DNA of 64,000 nucleotides from Candidatus Poribacteria bacterium. GTDB taxonomy: Bacteria; Poribacteria; WGA-4E; WGA-3G. Of this stretch, positions 9,165 through 18,773 are shown piece after piece (positions within the stretch are counted from its first letter, which is position 1; each line of letters starts with the position of its first letter). The stretch is taken from the NCBI GenBank assembly GCA_965205015.1, contig OZ242029.1, positions 3,616,001 through 3,680,000 of the forward strand, given 5' to 3'. The translations under genes were made by a program, and so were the position numbers. The notes beneath the pieces are model-generated. The model was not told where the DNA came from and did no database searches. It was given only the letters and a program-made list of their open reading frames with translations.

Positions 9165-10259
9165 ATGAACATAATGCAAATATCCGCACAGATTTCACAA
9201 TTTCACGGTGTAGGCATCCCATTTGAAGTTTGCGAAGTACCTATGGCTGCCACCTCAGACGACATCCTCGTCCGCGTTTCACTTTCAACGATCTGTGGCT
9301 CAGACCTTCATACAGTATCGGGACGTCGCGGCGCAGAAATTCCGTGTGTCCTCGGACATGAGGTCATTGGAACGGTTGCGGCACCAACACACCTGCGTTC
9401 AGCGGTTGGAGAGGCGCTAAATGAAGGCGATCGGATTACGTGGAGCCTCACGACCGCCTGTGGAACGTGTGACTATTGTGTGAATCGGAACCTCCCGCAG
9501 AAATGCGAGACGATGTTCAAATACGGTCATGCCCGGAGTGAAGGTGCCGATGCCTTTTCAGGTGGATTCGCTACGTATATCCTATTGCGTCCGGGGACAG
9601 CGATCTACCACATCCCTGAGGGTATGACAGACCGGGAGGCGGTCCCGATCAACTGTGCCCTTACAACGGTAGTGAACGGTTTCGCGAACATCGGCACACA
9701 TGCCGGTGAGACGGCTGTCGTCCACGGTGCCGGCATGTTGGGAATCTATGCGGCGTGCTATCTACGGGCGCAAGGATACGAATGTATCGTCGTTGTGGAT
9801 ACCAATGAGCGTCGTTTGGAGATTTCCAAACGCTTCGGCGCGACGCATACTTTCAACCCAAACAAGACCTCTGTTAAGGAGATTGACACCGCAGTGAAAG
9901 AACTGACAAACGGACGGGGTGCCGATCTCGGTGTAGAGGTCAGCGGCGCGACAGTTGGCATCCCGAACCTGGTTACGTGGTTGGCAATCGGTGGAAGATG
10001 TCTGACGCTCGGTTACGTCTATCCAAACGCTCATATCACTGTCGATGCCCACCAACTCGTCACAAAATGTGTGACGCTCCGGGGTGTTCATAACTATCAT
10101 TATACGGCTCTTGGCGATGCCATTCGCTTTGTTGAAGAAAACCGGAGGCGTTACCCGTTTGGGGAGCTCATCGGAGAAACATATCCATTGGCGGAGATTA
10201 ACACCGCCTTTGAGCACGCGTTTCGACAAGAGGTACTTCGCGTTGCTGTTGCGCCATAG
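9165..10259 (+). CDS. Zinc-dependent alcohol dehydrogenase (MDR), resembling the putative phosphonate-catabolism-associated family
   Basis: ICGSDLH, LGHE, CGTCDYC...LPQKC, GAGMLG. Confidence 0.85.
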   Translation: MNIMQISAQISQFHGVGIPFEVCEVPMAATSDDILVRVSLSTICGSDLHTVSGRRGAEIPCVLGHEVIGTVAAPTHLRSAVGEALNEGDRITWSLTTACGTCDYCVNRNLPQKCETMFKYGHARSEGADAFSGGFATYILLRPGTAIYHIPEGMTDREAVPINCALTTVVNGFANIGTHAGETAVVHGAGMLGIYAACYLRAQGYECIVVVDTNERRLEISKRFGATHTFNPNKTSVKEIDTAVKELTNGRGADLGVEVSGATVGIPNLVTWLAIGGRCLTLGYVYPNAHITVDAHQLVTKCVTLRGVHNYHYTALGDAIRFVEENRRRYPFGELIGETYPLAEINTAFEHAFRQEVLRVAVAP

Positions 10260-10269
10260 CCATCAGCCA

Positions 10270-10389
10270 TAGGGGTAGGTCTTGTACCTGCCCGTATGGG
10301 CATCACCGTCTTTGTAATTGGCAATAAATGGTCAGCCGTAGGGTCAGGTCTTGTACCTGTCCGTATGGGAATCGAAGTTCCCTCCTACA
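10270..10389. repeat. Cluster of REP palindromes between convergent genes
   Basis: Two gggtaggtcttgtacctgccc-like copies plus gggaatcgaagttccctcctaca; same family at about 9108, 15435, 15576, 29920 and 63685. Confidence 0.7.
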
Positions 10390-12844
10390 GTTCTGTATCA
10401 ATCCAACATCTTGTTCCATCGGTACGGAGGGTAATTGCGCCTGATGTGTCGGTTCGGAACATAGGACATCCACGGGTTCGATACCGCTCGACCACATCTG
10501 CATGCGGCAATTGATAGCGATTTCCGTGACCGAGTGAGAAGATCGCGTAATCCGGTTGAACGGCATCCAAAAACGGGGCACTGCTCGATGTCCGACTCCC
10601 GTGATGCGGCACTTTCAGGATTTCCGAACGGAGATCCTGTCCAGAGGCGATGAGTCGAGATTCTGCGTTTTTGCCGATGTCACCCGTGAATAAGATGTCT
10701 ACCTCACCGTAGGTAACCTTCATCACGAGTGAATCGTCGTTCTTGTCTGCATCCAGCAGATTCGTGGAACCGGGATCGATTGGATGTAAGAGGTGGAGTG
10801 TGGCAATTGATGTGAATTCAATCTCTCCGGCATACGGAAATGCATACGGGATGTTGCGTGTCTGGACAATCGTATGTAACCGTTGATGGGTTTGAGAATC
10901 GAGTCGCATATCCGCTATACCGAGGACCCGCCCTACTTTAAAGTTCTCTAAAACATAGCCGAGTCCACCGCCGTGGTCGAGGTCAGGATGCGTCAATACC
11001 ACCATATCGAGTTCCCGAATGCCGTGGAAGTCAAGGTAGGGTTCAATAATCCGCTCGCCGACATCATATTCAACCCGCTTCCGTTTCTGTGTGTCGTAAT
11101 AACGCCGTTGGATGCCACCATCAATCAGCATCGTTCGGTTATCTGGAAATCTGACGATTGCGGCGTCCCCCTGACCGACATCGAGTGTAATGACCTCCAA
11201 GAGTCTTCCCTTCTCATGGAAGGCAGTATCCCAGACCCAGATTGCCACAACGGACAGTCCGATGAGGCTTGCGACTTTCCATTGACGATAGACTGTCTGC
11301 CAGTGTGTAATGCCTAAGCAGCAGGCGATATAGAGGACGAACAGCCCGAACGTCGGTGGCGTTAACTTGACGACACCCCATATCTGTCCGAAAATGCCGA
11401 TCAGTGTCAGGAAGATGGAGATCATCGCGTGGTTGAGAACGCCAAGCAGCTGCGCGAACGGGAGATAGATAAAACCGACGGATATGGACACCATTCCTAT
11501 TGCAACGATGAGCGATACGAGTCCAACGGCGAAGGGACCGACGACGATGCCGAGCGGATATGCCCGATAGAAGTAGTAGGCGATGAGGGGTCCCGTTCCG
11601 ATTTGCGCTGCGAACGTTACGAGATAGGAAAGGACTCCCCATTTGATTGCGGCGTTCCGAAATTTCGTCAGGACTGAATCTTCGCTTTCCGAAGGTGGAC
11701 CCTCTGTGCGCTCCCACAATCGACGCAGCGGCTTCTCCATCTTCGGGACGAAGTAGACGATTGCGGCGACGGCGACAAAGGACAATTGGAATCCGACATC
11801 CCACAGTTGTAATGGGTTCAAAAGGAGGAGTACTAACGCCGCGAACGCTAACAAATTGAAGAGGTCCGCATCCCGATCGATGAGCGTCGCACAGAGAAAT
11901 AGAATTGCCATTAGCGAGGCGCGAAAGACGGAGGGTCGGAAGCCGATGAGGCAGGCGTAAATTAGCACTGCTATTATCGTCAAGAGACACAAAATCTTTT
12001 GCGGAAACCGGAAAAGTGAGAAACCGAAATAGCAGAACATCGCCACAAGTCCGACGTGCAGACCGGAGACGGCGAGCACATGGAAGGTGCCACTATTTCG
12101 GAAGAGAGCCAACGTCTCTGTGGGCACATCGCTGCGTTTACCGAGTAAGATGCCTTTGAGGAGTTGGGCATGCAATGCGGGTTCAAGAAGCGGCGTTTCG
12201 ACTTCAGGCTCCGTATAGATACCGTCAATCAGACGTTCGGTCCGAAGCCGGAGTGTCTCTATCCATCGTAAGGGCGGAAATCCACCCTGTTCACCGATTC
12301 GCACAAGTCCTTTCGTATCAATGATTCCGACGATTCCTTGTCGAGCGAGGTATGCCTGATAGTCAAATCCACCCGGATTGCGCTTGGCTTGCGGTTGACG
12401 CAGGACACCCGTCACGGTTAGACCTTTACCGTAGCGGAGGGGTCGCAACTTCTGAAATCTGATGAGGAATTTCGCCGATACCTGTTGTGTTGGGTCTGAC
12501 AGCAATTGGAGTTCACCGATGGCATAACAGGCATCCCACGCCTCCCCGCGTTCGGGCTGATATGTCGTCGTGCCTGAGAAGCTGATCGGCGCGTTGTAAA
12601 AGTGGGGTGGGACTGGCGAATGGGCGGCGGTTTCTAAGCGTAGCATGCCGCCAGCGAAGATAGCCAAATGCAGCAGTGCGTAACAGAGGTACCGCTGACG
12701 ATGTCTTGCTACGATGCTGCCGACACAACAGAGCAGCACAAATAGCCAAAGCCACAGAAACGGGAGGGATGCCCATTTGCCTGCGATGATGCCCAGTAGA
12801 TACGGGATGAGAAAGTAGAGTGCGGGACGTGGTTTGAATTTCAT
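10385..12844 (-). CDS. comEC: DNA internalization competence protein ComEC/Rec2
   Basis: NPGGFDY, HVLAVSGLHVG, PSVFRA, GFQLSF, DVGQGDA, THPDLDHGGG and KVPHHGS motifs. Confidence 0.95.
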   Translation of the reverse strand: MKFKPRPALYFLIPYLLGIIAGKWASLPFLWLWLFVLLCCVGSIVARHRQRYLCYALLHLAIFAGGMLRLETAAHSPVPPHFYNAPISFSGTTTYQPERGEAWDACYAIGELQLLSDPTQQVSAKFLIRFQKLRPLRYGKGLTVTGVLRQPQAKRNPGGFDYQAYLARQGIVGIIDTKGLVRIGEQGGFPPLRWIETLRLRTERLIDGIYTEPEVETPLLEPALHAQLLKGILLGKRSDVPTETLALFRNSGTFHVLAVSGLHVGLVAMFCYFGFSLFRFPQKILCLLTIIAVLIYACLIGFRPSVFRASLMAILFLCATLIDRDADLFNLLAFAALVLLLLNPLQLWDVGFQLSFVAVAAIVYFVPKMEKPLRRLWERTEGPPSESEDSVLTKFRNAAIKWGVLSYLVTFAAQIGTGPLIAYYFYRAYPLGIVVGPFAVGLVSLIVAIGMVSISVGFIYLPFAQLLGVLNHAMISIFLTLIGIFGQIWGVVKLTPPTFGLFVLYIACCLGITHWQTVYRQWKVASLIGLSVVAIWVWDTAFHEKGRLLEVITLDVGQGDAAIVRFPDNRTMLIDGGIQRRYYDTQKRKRVEYDVGERIIEPYLDFHGIRELDMVVLTHPDLDHGGGLGYVLENFKVGRVLGIADMRLDSQTHQRLHTIVQTRNIPYAFPYAGEIEFTSIATLHLLHPIDPGSTNLLDADKNDDSLVMKVTYGEVDILFTGDIGKNAESRLIASGQDLRSEILKVPHHGSRTSSSAPFLDAVQPDYAIFSLGHGNRYQLPHADVVERYRTRGCPMFRTDTSGAITLRTDGTRCWIDTEL

Positions 12845-12935
12845 ATTTTAATGTGCCTTGCGGGGGTTTTCCTCAGTGTGCCACCATTATACCCGTATCT
12901 CGGAAAATATTCTGTTTTTTGTCTGAATCAGTTTT

Positions 12936-13300
12936 CGTAGGTTGGGTTGAACGGTGTTAAAAATCAGAGGTCGGTATCCTAAAATATATCAAACCTGATA
13001 TAGCCGCATATACACCGAGATCCCCAGTGAAACCCAACGCTCTTTCTCTGAAATCCTGAAAACGTGGTGGCAGGTTCCCGTTGGGTTTCGCTATCCCCTT
13101 GATTTATGGTAGTTCCTACAATTAAATGAACACCCAAGAGTTGGCGAGGTTACAAACCTCGTCAGCGGCGACACGGGGTTTTGTGTTTTAGAGCGTATTC
13201 ACTTATTTCTGGGTTTTACTATATATGACGGTGTAGGGTGCTGAAATGTGCTTGAGTTACCCACATCGTCTTTCTCGGTTCCGCTCAACCCAACCTACGA
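12936..13300. mobile_element. Nested non-coding repeat: GTAGGTTGGGTTGA REP pair enclosing a TATAGT-type MITE, which itself encloses another palindrome
   Basis: cgtaggttgggttgaacgg ... ccgctcaacccaacctacg outer inverted ends; internal gaaacccaac/gttgggtttc; ttcacttatttctgggttttactata end shared with the 15661/18070 elements; ggcgaggttacaaacctcg inside. Confidence 0.7.
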
Positions 13301-13345
13301 GGAAACTGTGATGCGTTTTCTAAAATTGACATCTATAGGTTTCGT

Positions 13346-13374
13346 TTGACGCGTTCTTAACTTCGTGATACAAT
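13346..13374 (+). promoter_or_regulatory. Sigma70 promoter of the GNAT gene
   Basis: TTGACG-17bp-TACAAT with TG extension. Confidence 0.55.
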
Positions 13375-13405
13375 CCCCTCGAATATCACGCCGTAGGGAA
13401 CGTAA

Positions 13406-14734
13406 ATGCCAAAACACAGTATTCTCTCACAAATGCCGATTGATCTCGGTGACAACCTAAAACTCCGATTTGCGACGCCTGCCGATACGGAGACACTTGC
13501 GGAATTCAACACCCGCCTCCATGAAGAAGAAAGCGTGGGTCCGGGTATCCGAGACCTGATGTCGGGAGACCATCCTACCTGCAAGGCAAGCGATTTTACC
13601 GTCGTTGAAGATACGCAGACGGGGAAAATTGTGTCATCGCTCTGTCTGATTTCACAGACGTGGACGTATAGTGGTATCTCCTTCAAGTTCGGACAACCCG
13701 AATTCGTCGCCACTGAACCTGAATACCGCAGGAGAGGCTTAGTCCGAAAGCAGTTCGAGGTGATCCACGCCTTGAGTGAGGCGCGCGGGGAACTGATGCA
13801 AGGTATCACAGGTATCCCGTGGTATTACCGACTGTTCGGGTATGAGATGGCACTGGACATGGAAGCGGAGCGCGTTATCGACGGGATGCATATCCCTACA
13901 TTGAAAAAAGGGGAGACCGAGACGTGTCGGCTCCGACCCCGAACGGATGCGGATAACGCTTTCATTCAAGACCTCTATCAGAGTACCATTGCGCGGAAAG
14001 TCTTTATTTGCTCCCGGACACCGGCGATGTGGGACTATGAATTCAATGGACGTTCAGCGGGGAGTGAGGCACGGTATGAATGGCTGATCCTCGAAGATAT
14101 GGAGAGGACGCGACTCGGTTATGTCCAGCATTTCCAATGGTGTTACGAGAATTTTATTGTCATGCAAATGGAGCTGAAACCCGGCGTCGGTTGTCTACAT
14201 CACATCCGATCCCTGCTGCGAGCGTTGTGGAAAAAGGCAGAGGCGACACCGATTGTCGCTGAGAATGACAATCCGAAAGCAACAGGTGTGCAGTTCATGT
14301 TAGGACGTGAACACCCGATCTATCAGGCACTCCCCAAAGATCTTGTCCGTCAAGAGCCTCCTTATGCGTGGTATATCCGGGTGCCAGATCTGATAGCGTT
14401 TCTACGGCATATCCGACCCGCACTCGAAAAACACCTCATCGGCACTGTTGCGGAGGGTTACACGGGTGCGCTCAAACTCAACTTCTATCGCACTGGAATA
14501 CACCTTAAATTTGAACGGGGTCGCCTCACGGAGATTGCCGATTGGAACCCAAAAGATGTTGAGGACGGAGATGCCGCATTCCCTGACTTAACTTTCTTAC
14601 AATTACTCTGCGGACGGTGTCGAACAGAGGAATTGACCACAAATTTCGTTGATTGCTGGACGAACGGCAGTTCTCCTGCGGTCCTCCTCGATTGCCTATT
14701 TCCAACCTTCGCTGGCGAGGTGTGGCATCTTTAA
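13406..14734 (+). CDS. GNAT family N-acetyltransferase (Eis-like architecture)
   Basis: VATEPEYRRRGL acetyl-CoA motif, YYRLFGYE, C-terminal SCP2-like region. Confidence 0.85.
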   Translation: MPKHSILSQMPIDLGDNLKLRFATPADTETLAEFNTRLHEEESVGPGIRDLMSGDHPTCKASDFTVVEDTQTGKIVSSLCLISQTWTYSGISFKFGQPEFVATEPEYRRRGLVRKQFEVIHALSEARGELMQGITGIPWYYRLFGYEMALDMEAERVIDGMHIPTLKKGETETCRLRPRTDADNAFIQDLYQSTIARKVFICSRTPAMWDYEFNGRSAGSEARYEWLILEDMERTRLGYVQHFQWCYENFIVMQMELKPGVGCLHHIRSLLRALWKKAEATPIVAENDNPKATGVQFMLGREHPIYQALPKDLVRQEPPYAWYIRVPDLIAFLRHIRPALEKHLIGTVAEGYTGALKLNFYRTGIHLKFERGRLTEIADWNPKDVEDGDAAFPDLTFLQLLCGRCRTEELTTNFVDCWTNGSSPAVLLDCLFPTFAGEVWHL

Positions 14735-14736
14735 AA

Positions 14737-14800
14737 GTAGTAGGCATACTCCGTATGCCGTCACAGTAATAAAAGTAGTAGACCTACTCCGTATGCCGTC
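14737..14800 (+). repeat. Two tandem GTAG-led short palindromic repeats
   Basis: gtagtaggcatactccgtatgccgtc and gtagtagacctactccgtatgccgtc. Confidence 0.7.
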
Positions 14801-14851
14801 CCAACAATTTCCAGTCGCGACATTTTCTGACAGCTGAAAGTCAACATAACA

Positions 14852-15421
14852 ATGGTCACCCAATCGCATGTTGTCCTCAATATAGCCCTCCTCTCAAAGC
14901 GGGACAAACCCGTTCTTCACTTCTACGTCTTCATCGGTGCTGTCCTTCCTGACCTGCCGATGTTCGTCTTTTTCGCAGTCGAAACGTTTATCCTTAAGAC
15001 CTCACAGCGTGAACTCTGGGAGTCCCGATACTTCATGGAGGCGTGGCAGACGTTCTTTGACCTCTTCAACGCCGTCCCGCTGATTCTGATCGTCTTAGGT
15101 ATTGGGTATTACCTACTGAACTCCGAGCGAGTCGTCGTTTTTGCGTGGAGCATGCTTCTCCATTGCGGGTTCGATCTTGTGACGCATCACGACGACGGGC
15201 ATCATCACTTTTTTCCACTCTCCGACTTTGTCTTTGAAAGCCCGATTTCCTATTGGGACCGGGATCACCATGCTGGTATCGTTGCGCCGATAGAGCGATT
15301 GGTGATGCTCGCTGCCTCCATCTATCTATTTCCGAGATTGAAGACTCGACTGGCGCGATGGGGCCTGGTGGTCATCAATATCCTGTTCTTGGGTTCCTAT
15401 CTCCTCTTTTTTCTTCGGTAG
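14852..15421 (+). CDS. Membrane-bound metal-dependent hydrolase-like protein
   Basis: SH, GAVLPDLP, LLHCGFDLVTHHDD and FFPLS motifs; several TM helices. Confidence 0.75.
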   Translation: MVTQSHVVLNIALLSKRDKPVLHFYVFIGAVLPDLPMFVFFAVETFILKTSQRELWESRYFMEAWQTFFDLFNAVPLILIVLGIGYYLLNSERVVVFAWSMLLHCGFDLVTHHDDGHHHFFPLSDFVFESPISYWDRDHHAGIVAPIERLVMLAASIYLFPRLKTRLARWGLVVINILFLGSYLLFFLR

Positions 15422-15621
15422 CTCTGAGAAATATGGGCGGGCACAAGACCCGCCCCTACAAATCCGATTTCGATTTCATAGAAGACTCGGCTGGCGCGAT
15501 GGGGTCTGGTGGTCATCAATGTCCTGTTCTTGGGTTCCTATCTCTTCTTTTTTCTTCGGTAGCTCTGAGAAATATGGGCGGGTACAAGACCCGCCCCTAC
15601 AAATCCGATTTCGATTTCATA
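15340..15621 (+). repeat. 141-bp tandem duplication of the hydrolase 3' end, stop codon and REP
   Basis: Units 15340-15480 and 15481-15621 differ at 5 positions, all transitions. Confidence 0.9.
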
Positions 15622-15660
15622 CGGGTTCGATTAGAAAAGGCTGTCAGCGGTCGGTATATC

Positions 15661-15789
15661 TTATAGTAAAACCGAAAAATAAGTGAACATTCGTAGCACA
15701 AACTGTCCAGTTTGTGCAGGGGAGGCACGCAAACTAACAGTTTGCGCTACAATCGGGGTGTCCAAGTAATTATTGACTCTACTATAATT
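15661..15789 (+). mobile_element. 129-bp MITE-like element (TATAGTA...TACTATA ends) carrying an inverted REP doublet; left copy
   Basis: Reverse complement of 18070-18198 with 2 mismatches; internal gtagcacaaactgtccagtttgtgc / gcaaactaacagtttgcgctac. Confidence 0.85.
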
Positions 15790-16111
15790 GTCTGAATCGT
15801 GGATTCTATGGATTTCACGGATTGTTTGAATGAAGAATGTGTTGGTTTTCACGGAGGCTTCACGGAGGTTTTTATCATCGTAGATGGGCCGTGGGTTGCT
15901 GAGATTCAAAATACCCCTTCTCCGTGAAAAAACGAATGTGAAAATAAAATTAGCGTATCGTATCAGTATTCGCAGGAGTTTTGTAGCGTATCCTGTTAGG
16001 CTGCGCTCTTTTTTCTTGACATCCAGATAGTTGTGTCTGGTAATGCCGTTTCGCCTTTGAGAATCACCTCTTTCCCGATGTACATCACTACGAAACCACG
16101 CAAACGGCTTT

Positions 16112-17743
16112 CTATGCATCTGAAATGCGATGGATGTTGTACGGCAGCTGGCAGAAAGTGATACCTAAATGTGTCAACTCCTTCTGACTGACGAATTTCT
16201 GCGGTGCATAGACATACGCCTTTTGACCCGTTTCTTTGCACGCTTTCGCAATCTGCTCGGCACGCTCGCCATCTAACGCAGACGCATGGCTCTCCAGAAA
16301 ATCCAGCGAGGGTTCATAAATCAGATAGAAACGGATGTCGTTCGTCTCGCCGAAGTAGTAATCTTCCTGTTTTCTGGCAGCGGTTAACGCGCTCCCAATT
16401 GCGGTATAAGCGATATAGTCGGCTAAAGTTTCGTAGGTGGGGAGATTTTCGCCGGTGAGCATGCCTTCCTCGTCAATCCGTTCGCCGAGGGTGCAATAGG
16501 TGAAGGTGCCGCCGAGGCCATCTTGGAGGGACTCATCTGTGGCATTTTCAACACCAGTGCTGACGCGTCGGACGCGTTCGGCGGTGATCGTATCTGCATA
16601 GTCCTCACATTCAACGAGGATAAACTTCCGGTTCCCGCCATCCTCTTTGTTGAGTGCGAGGACAGCATGCGCAGTGGTGCCGCTGCCAGCGAAGGAGTCC
16701 AAAACAATATCTTCCTCTTGCGTACAAAGAAATACAAGCTCCTTTATCAGCAATGATGGTTTAGGATAAGAGAACTTATTGGGTCCCATAATATTTTTTA
16801 ATTCAATACTGCCATGTGCGGTTGTTTTAACAGCTTCAGAATCAAGCATAGATGGATATGCTGTGTACGTTTCAGTCCCAGCAGGCATAATTCTATACGC
16901 TTCAATGCGTCCATCAGGTTGTTTTTCAAAGACAATTAAATTGCTCTCAATAAGGTCTTGCATTGTAGATTGACTAACTCGCCAGCGGCCATCCGTTCCA
17001 TCAGCTCTAATAGGGTAGATTTCGTCGAATTCGTCGGAATGAATTGGATAGTACATCGTTGGTCTATCTTCCCGCCTATCGCCCTGTCCCCACTGTCGTA
17101 ACCTCTCTCTTGACTCCGCTTTTCTAATTCGCTTATCCGCCTTGAGTTTTACCGAATCTATCCTTTTAGCATAAACAACAATATACTCATGTAGCGTGGC
17201 AGTATTTTTGGCCGTGGCTCCACGTCCTAACCTTGAACGCCAGATGAAAGACTCAATAAAATTTTCCTCTCCAAAAACCTCATCCATCAGCATTCGCAAG
17301 CGATGCACTTCATTATCGTCAATTGAGATGAAAATCACACCGTCATCGGACAGTAACTCCTGTAATAAATGGAGCCGAGGCCACATCATACATAACCACT
17401 TATCGTGGCGTTCTAAATCCTCAAGGTCAACCGGACTGTGTTTCTCCAGCCACGCTTGCATCATCGGACTGTTGACGTTGTCGTTGTAGACCCAGTTTTC
17501 ATTGCCGGTATTATAGGGCGGATCAATGTAGATACACTTGACTTTGCCAGCATATCTCGGGAGCAGTGCCTTCAGGACGTGTAGATTGTCGCCGTGAATA
17601 ATCAGGTTATCATCCAACGGAGATGTGCGAGGAGATACATCTCTGTTCAGCGATTTCTGCTTGTCTATTTTTAGGGTACGGACAGGGACGGTGAGGTGAT
17701 ATCCGTAAATGAACTGTTTACCTTTGAAATCGAGTGTGGGCAT
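16112..17743 (-). CDS. mod: Site-specific DNA methyltransferase, Type III Mod-like (beta class); no res gene nearby
   Basis: MPTLDFKGK start, IHGDNL, IYIDPPYNTG, IFISIDDNE, YPKP and VLDSFAGSGTT; start moved to the ATG at 17743. Confidence 0.9.
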   Translation of the reverse strand: MPTLDFKGKQFIYGYHLTVPVRTLKIDKQKSLNRDVSPRTSPLDDNLIIHGDNLHVLKALLPRYAGKVKCIYIDPPYNTGNENWVYNDNVNSPMMQAWLEKHSPVDLEDLERHDKWLCMMWPRLHLLQELLSDDGVIFISIDDNEVHRLRMLMDEVFGEENFIESFIWRSRLGRGATAKNTATLHEYIVVYAKRIDSVKLKADKRIRKAESRERLRQWGQGDRREDRPTMYYPIHSDEFDEIYPIRADGTDGRWRVSQSTMQDLIESNLIVFEKQPDGRIEAYRIMPAGTETYTAYPSMLDSEAVKTTAHGSIELKNIMGPNKFSYPKPSLLIKELVFLCTQEEDIVLDSFAGSGTTAHAVLALNKEDGGNRKFILVECEDYADTITAERVRRVSTGVENATDESLQDGLGGTFTYCTLGERIDEEGMLTGENLPTYETLADYIAYTAIGSALTAARKQEDYYFGETNDIRFYLIYEPSLDFLESHASALDGERAEQIAKACKETGQKAYVYAPQKFVSQKELTHLGITFCQLPYNIHRISDA

Positions 17744-17825
17744 AAGGATTCCTAAAAAAAGATTATAACATATCATATTATAGCATAATATACCATAATT
17801 ATGCATAAATGTGCAGAATTATGCA

Positions 17826-17865
17826 ATAAAAACGCATATCATAGCATAAAAACGCATATCATAGC
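17826..17865. repeat. 20-bp perfect tandem duplication upstream of mod
   Basis: ataaaaacgcatatcatagc x2. Confidence 0.85.
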
Positions 17866-18069
17866 ATGAATGCATCAATCTCACTTCTCCTATTTTTTAT
17901 GGGAGTCGTGTTGTGGAAGGTATTTGGAGAAAAAAATATCGGAACGTCAGCGGTGTTCTGAATGAAGTCTAACAAAATTTTGGGTAATTCTATGAGGAAC
18001 AGCCTTCACTCAAGAAGGTGCTATAATCCTGTAAATCCTGATTCTGACAATGAACACCGCACATTACCG

Positions 18070-18198
18070 AATTATAGTAGAGTCAATAATTACTTGGGCA
18101 CCCCGATTGTAGCGCAAACTGTTAGTTTGCGTGCCTCCCCTGCACAAACTGGACAGTTTGTGCTACGAATGTTCACTTATTTTTGGGTTTTACTATAA
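18070..18198 (-). mobile_element. 129-bp MITE-like element; right copy, inverted relative to 15661-15789
   Basis: Direct sequence comparison; the same spurious peptide NYSRVNNYL.TPIVAQTVSLRASPAQ appears in both ORF-track entries. Confidence 0.85.
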
Positions 18199-18241
18199 AT
18201 TCTGAAACCTCATGAAACCGCACCTACCTTGGTTGGGTACG

Positions 18242-18748
18242 TTAGATCCCCATTCGGAGGGCGACGGCGGCGAGGAGGATGAGTAGGGATACGACTCCCA
18301 TCAGGCTCGATATGACTGACATCTGGGAACGGAGCAGCTTCAGTGCCGGCGGGAGTTCTTCAAGTGTTGGGTCCAAATTCTCAACTGCTGCGGCGAGTCG
18401 GGGTGCGAATATCATACTGTGCAATACCGTGAGGATAACCAACAGAAAGAAAAGTCCGATTTTGATGATGAATGTTCGCATAAACGCACTGGAAATCGGG
18501 GCGAGGGAGGTGAGGTCAAGGGCATCGAAGAGATTAACAAGGCCTGTGAAAAATAGGATACCGATACATCCCCATACGATAGGCTCAAAACGTTTCCCGA
18601 TTTGCGTCAAAAGCTGGATACGCTGGACAGGGGGCAGGTTTTGTCTGAAATGCGGAACGATCACCATCGCTAAAATCATGTTGCCGCCGATCCATACGAC
18701 AGCGGCGATAACGTGTAGCCAACGAGCTAAAAGCCAAAATATATCCAT
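18242..18748 (-). CDS. CopD/DUF4149-family membrane protein
   Basis: RWLHVIAAVVWIGG, FFTG, K...H pattern; 4 TM helices. Confidence 0.75.
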   Translation of the reverse strand: MDIFWLLARWLHVIAAVVWIGGNMILAMVIVPHFRQNLPPVQRIQLLTQIGKRFEPIVWGCIGILFFTGLVNLFDALDLTSLAPISSAFMRTFIIKIGLFFLLVILTVLHSMIFAPRLAAAVENLDPTLEELPPALKLLRSQMSVISSLMGVVSLLILLAAVALRMGI

Positions 18749-18773
18749 TTTTTTATGACTCCTTTATCAGTTG

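Noticed and set aside
15340-15621. Possible DGR variable/template repeat pair
   Set aside because: Differences are A/G and C/T transitions not confined to template adenines, and no reverse transcriptase is in the window
15661-16119. 152-aa ORF sharing a peptide with the 78-aa ORF at 17962-18198
   Set aside because: The shared peptide is simply the translation of the MITE copies; no RBS or protein-family signal
17744-17806. Longer start for mod given in the ORF track
   Set aside because: AT-rich promoter-like sequence; MPTLDFKGK at 17743 matches typical Mod N-termini
17826-17865. Phase-variation tract controlling mod
   Set aside because: A two-copy 20-bp duplication outside the ORF, not a simple-sequence repeat tract of the phasevarion type
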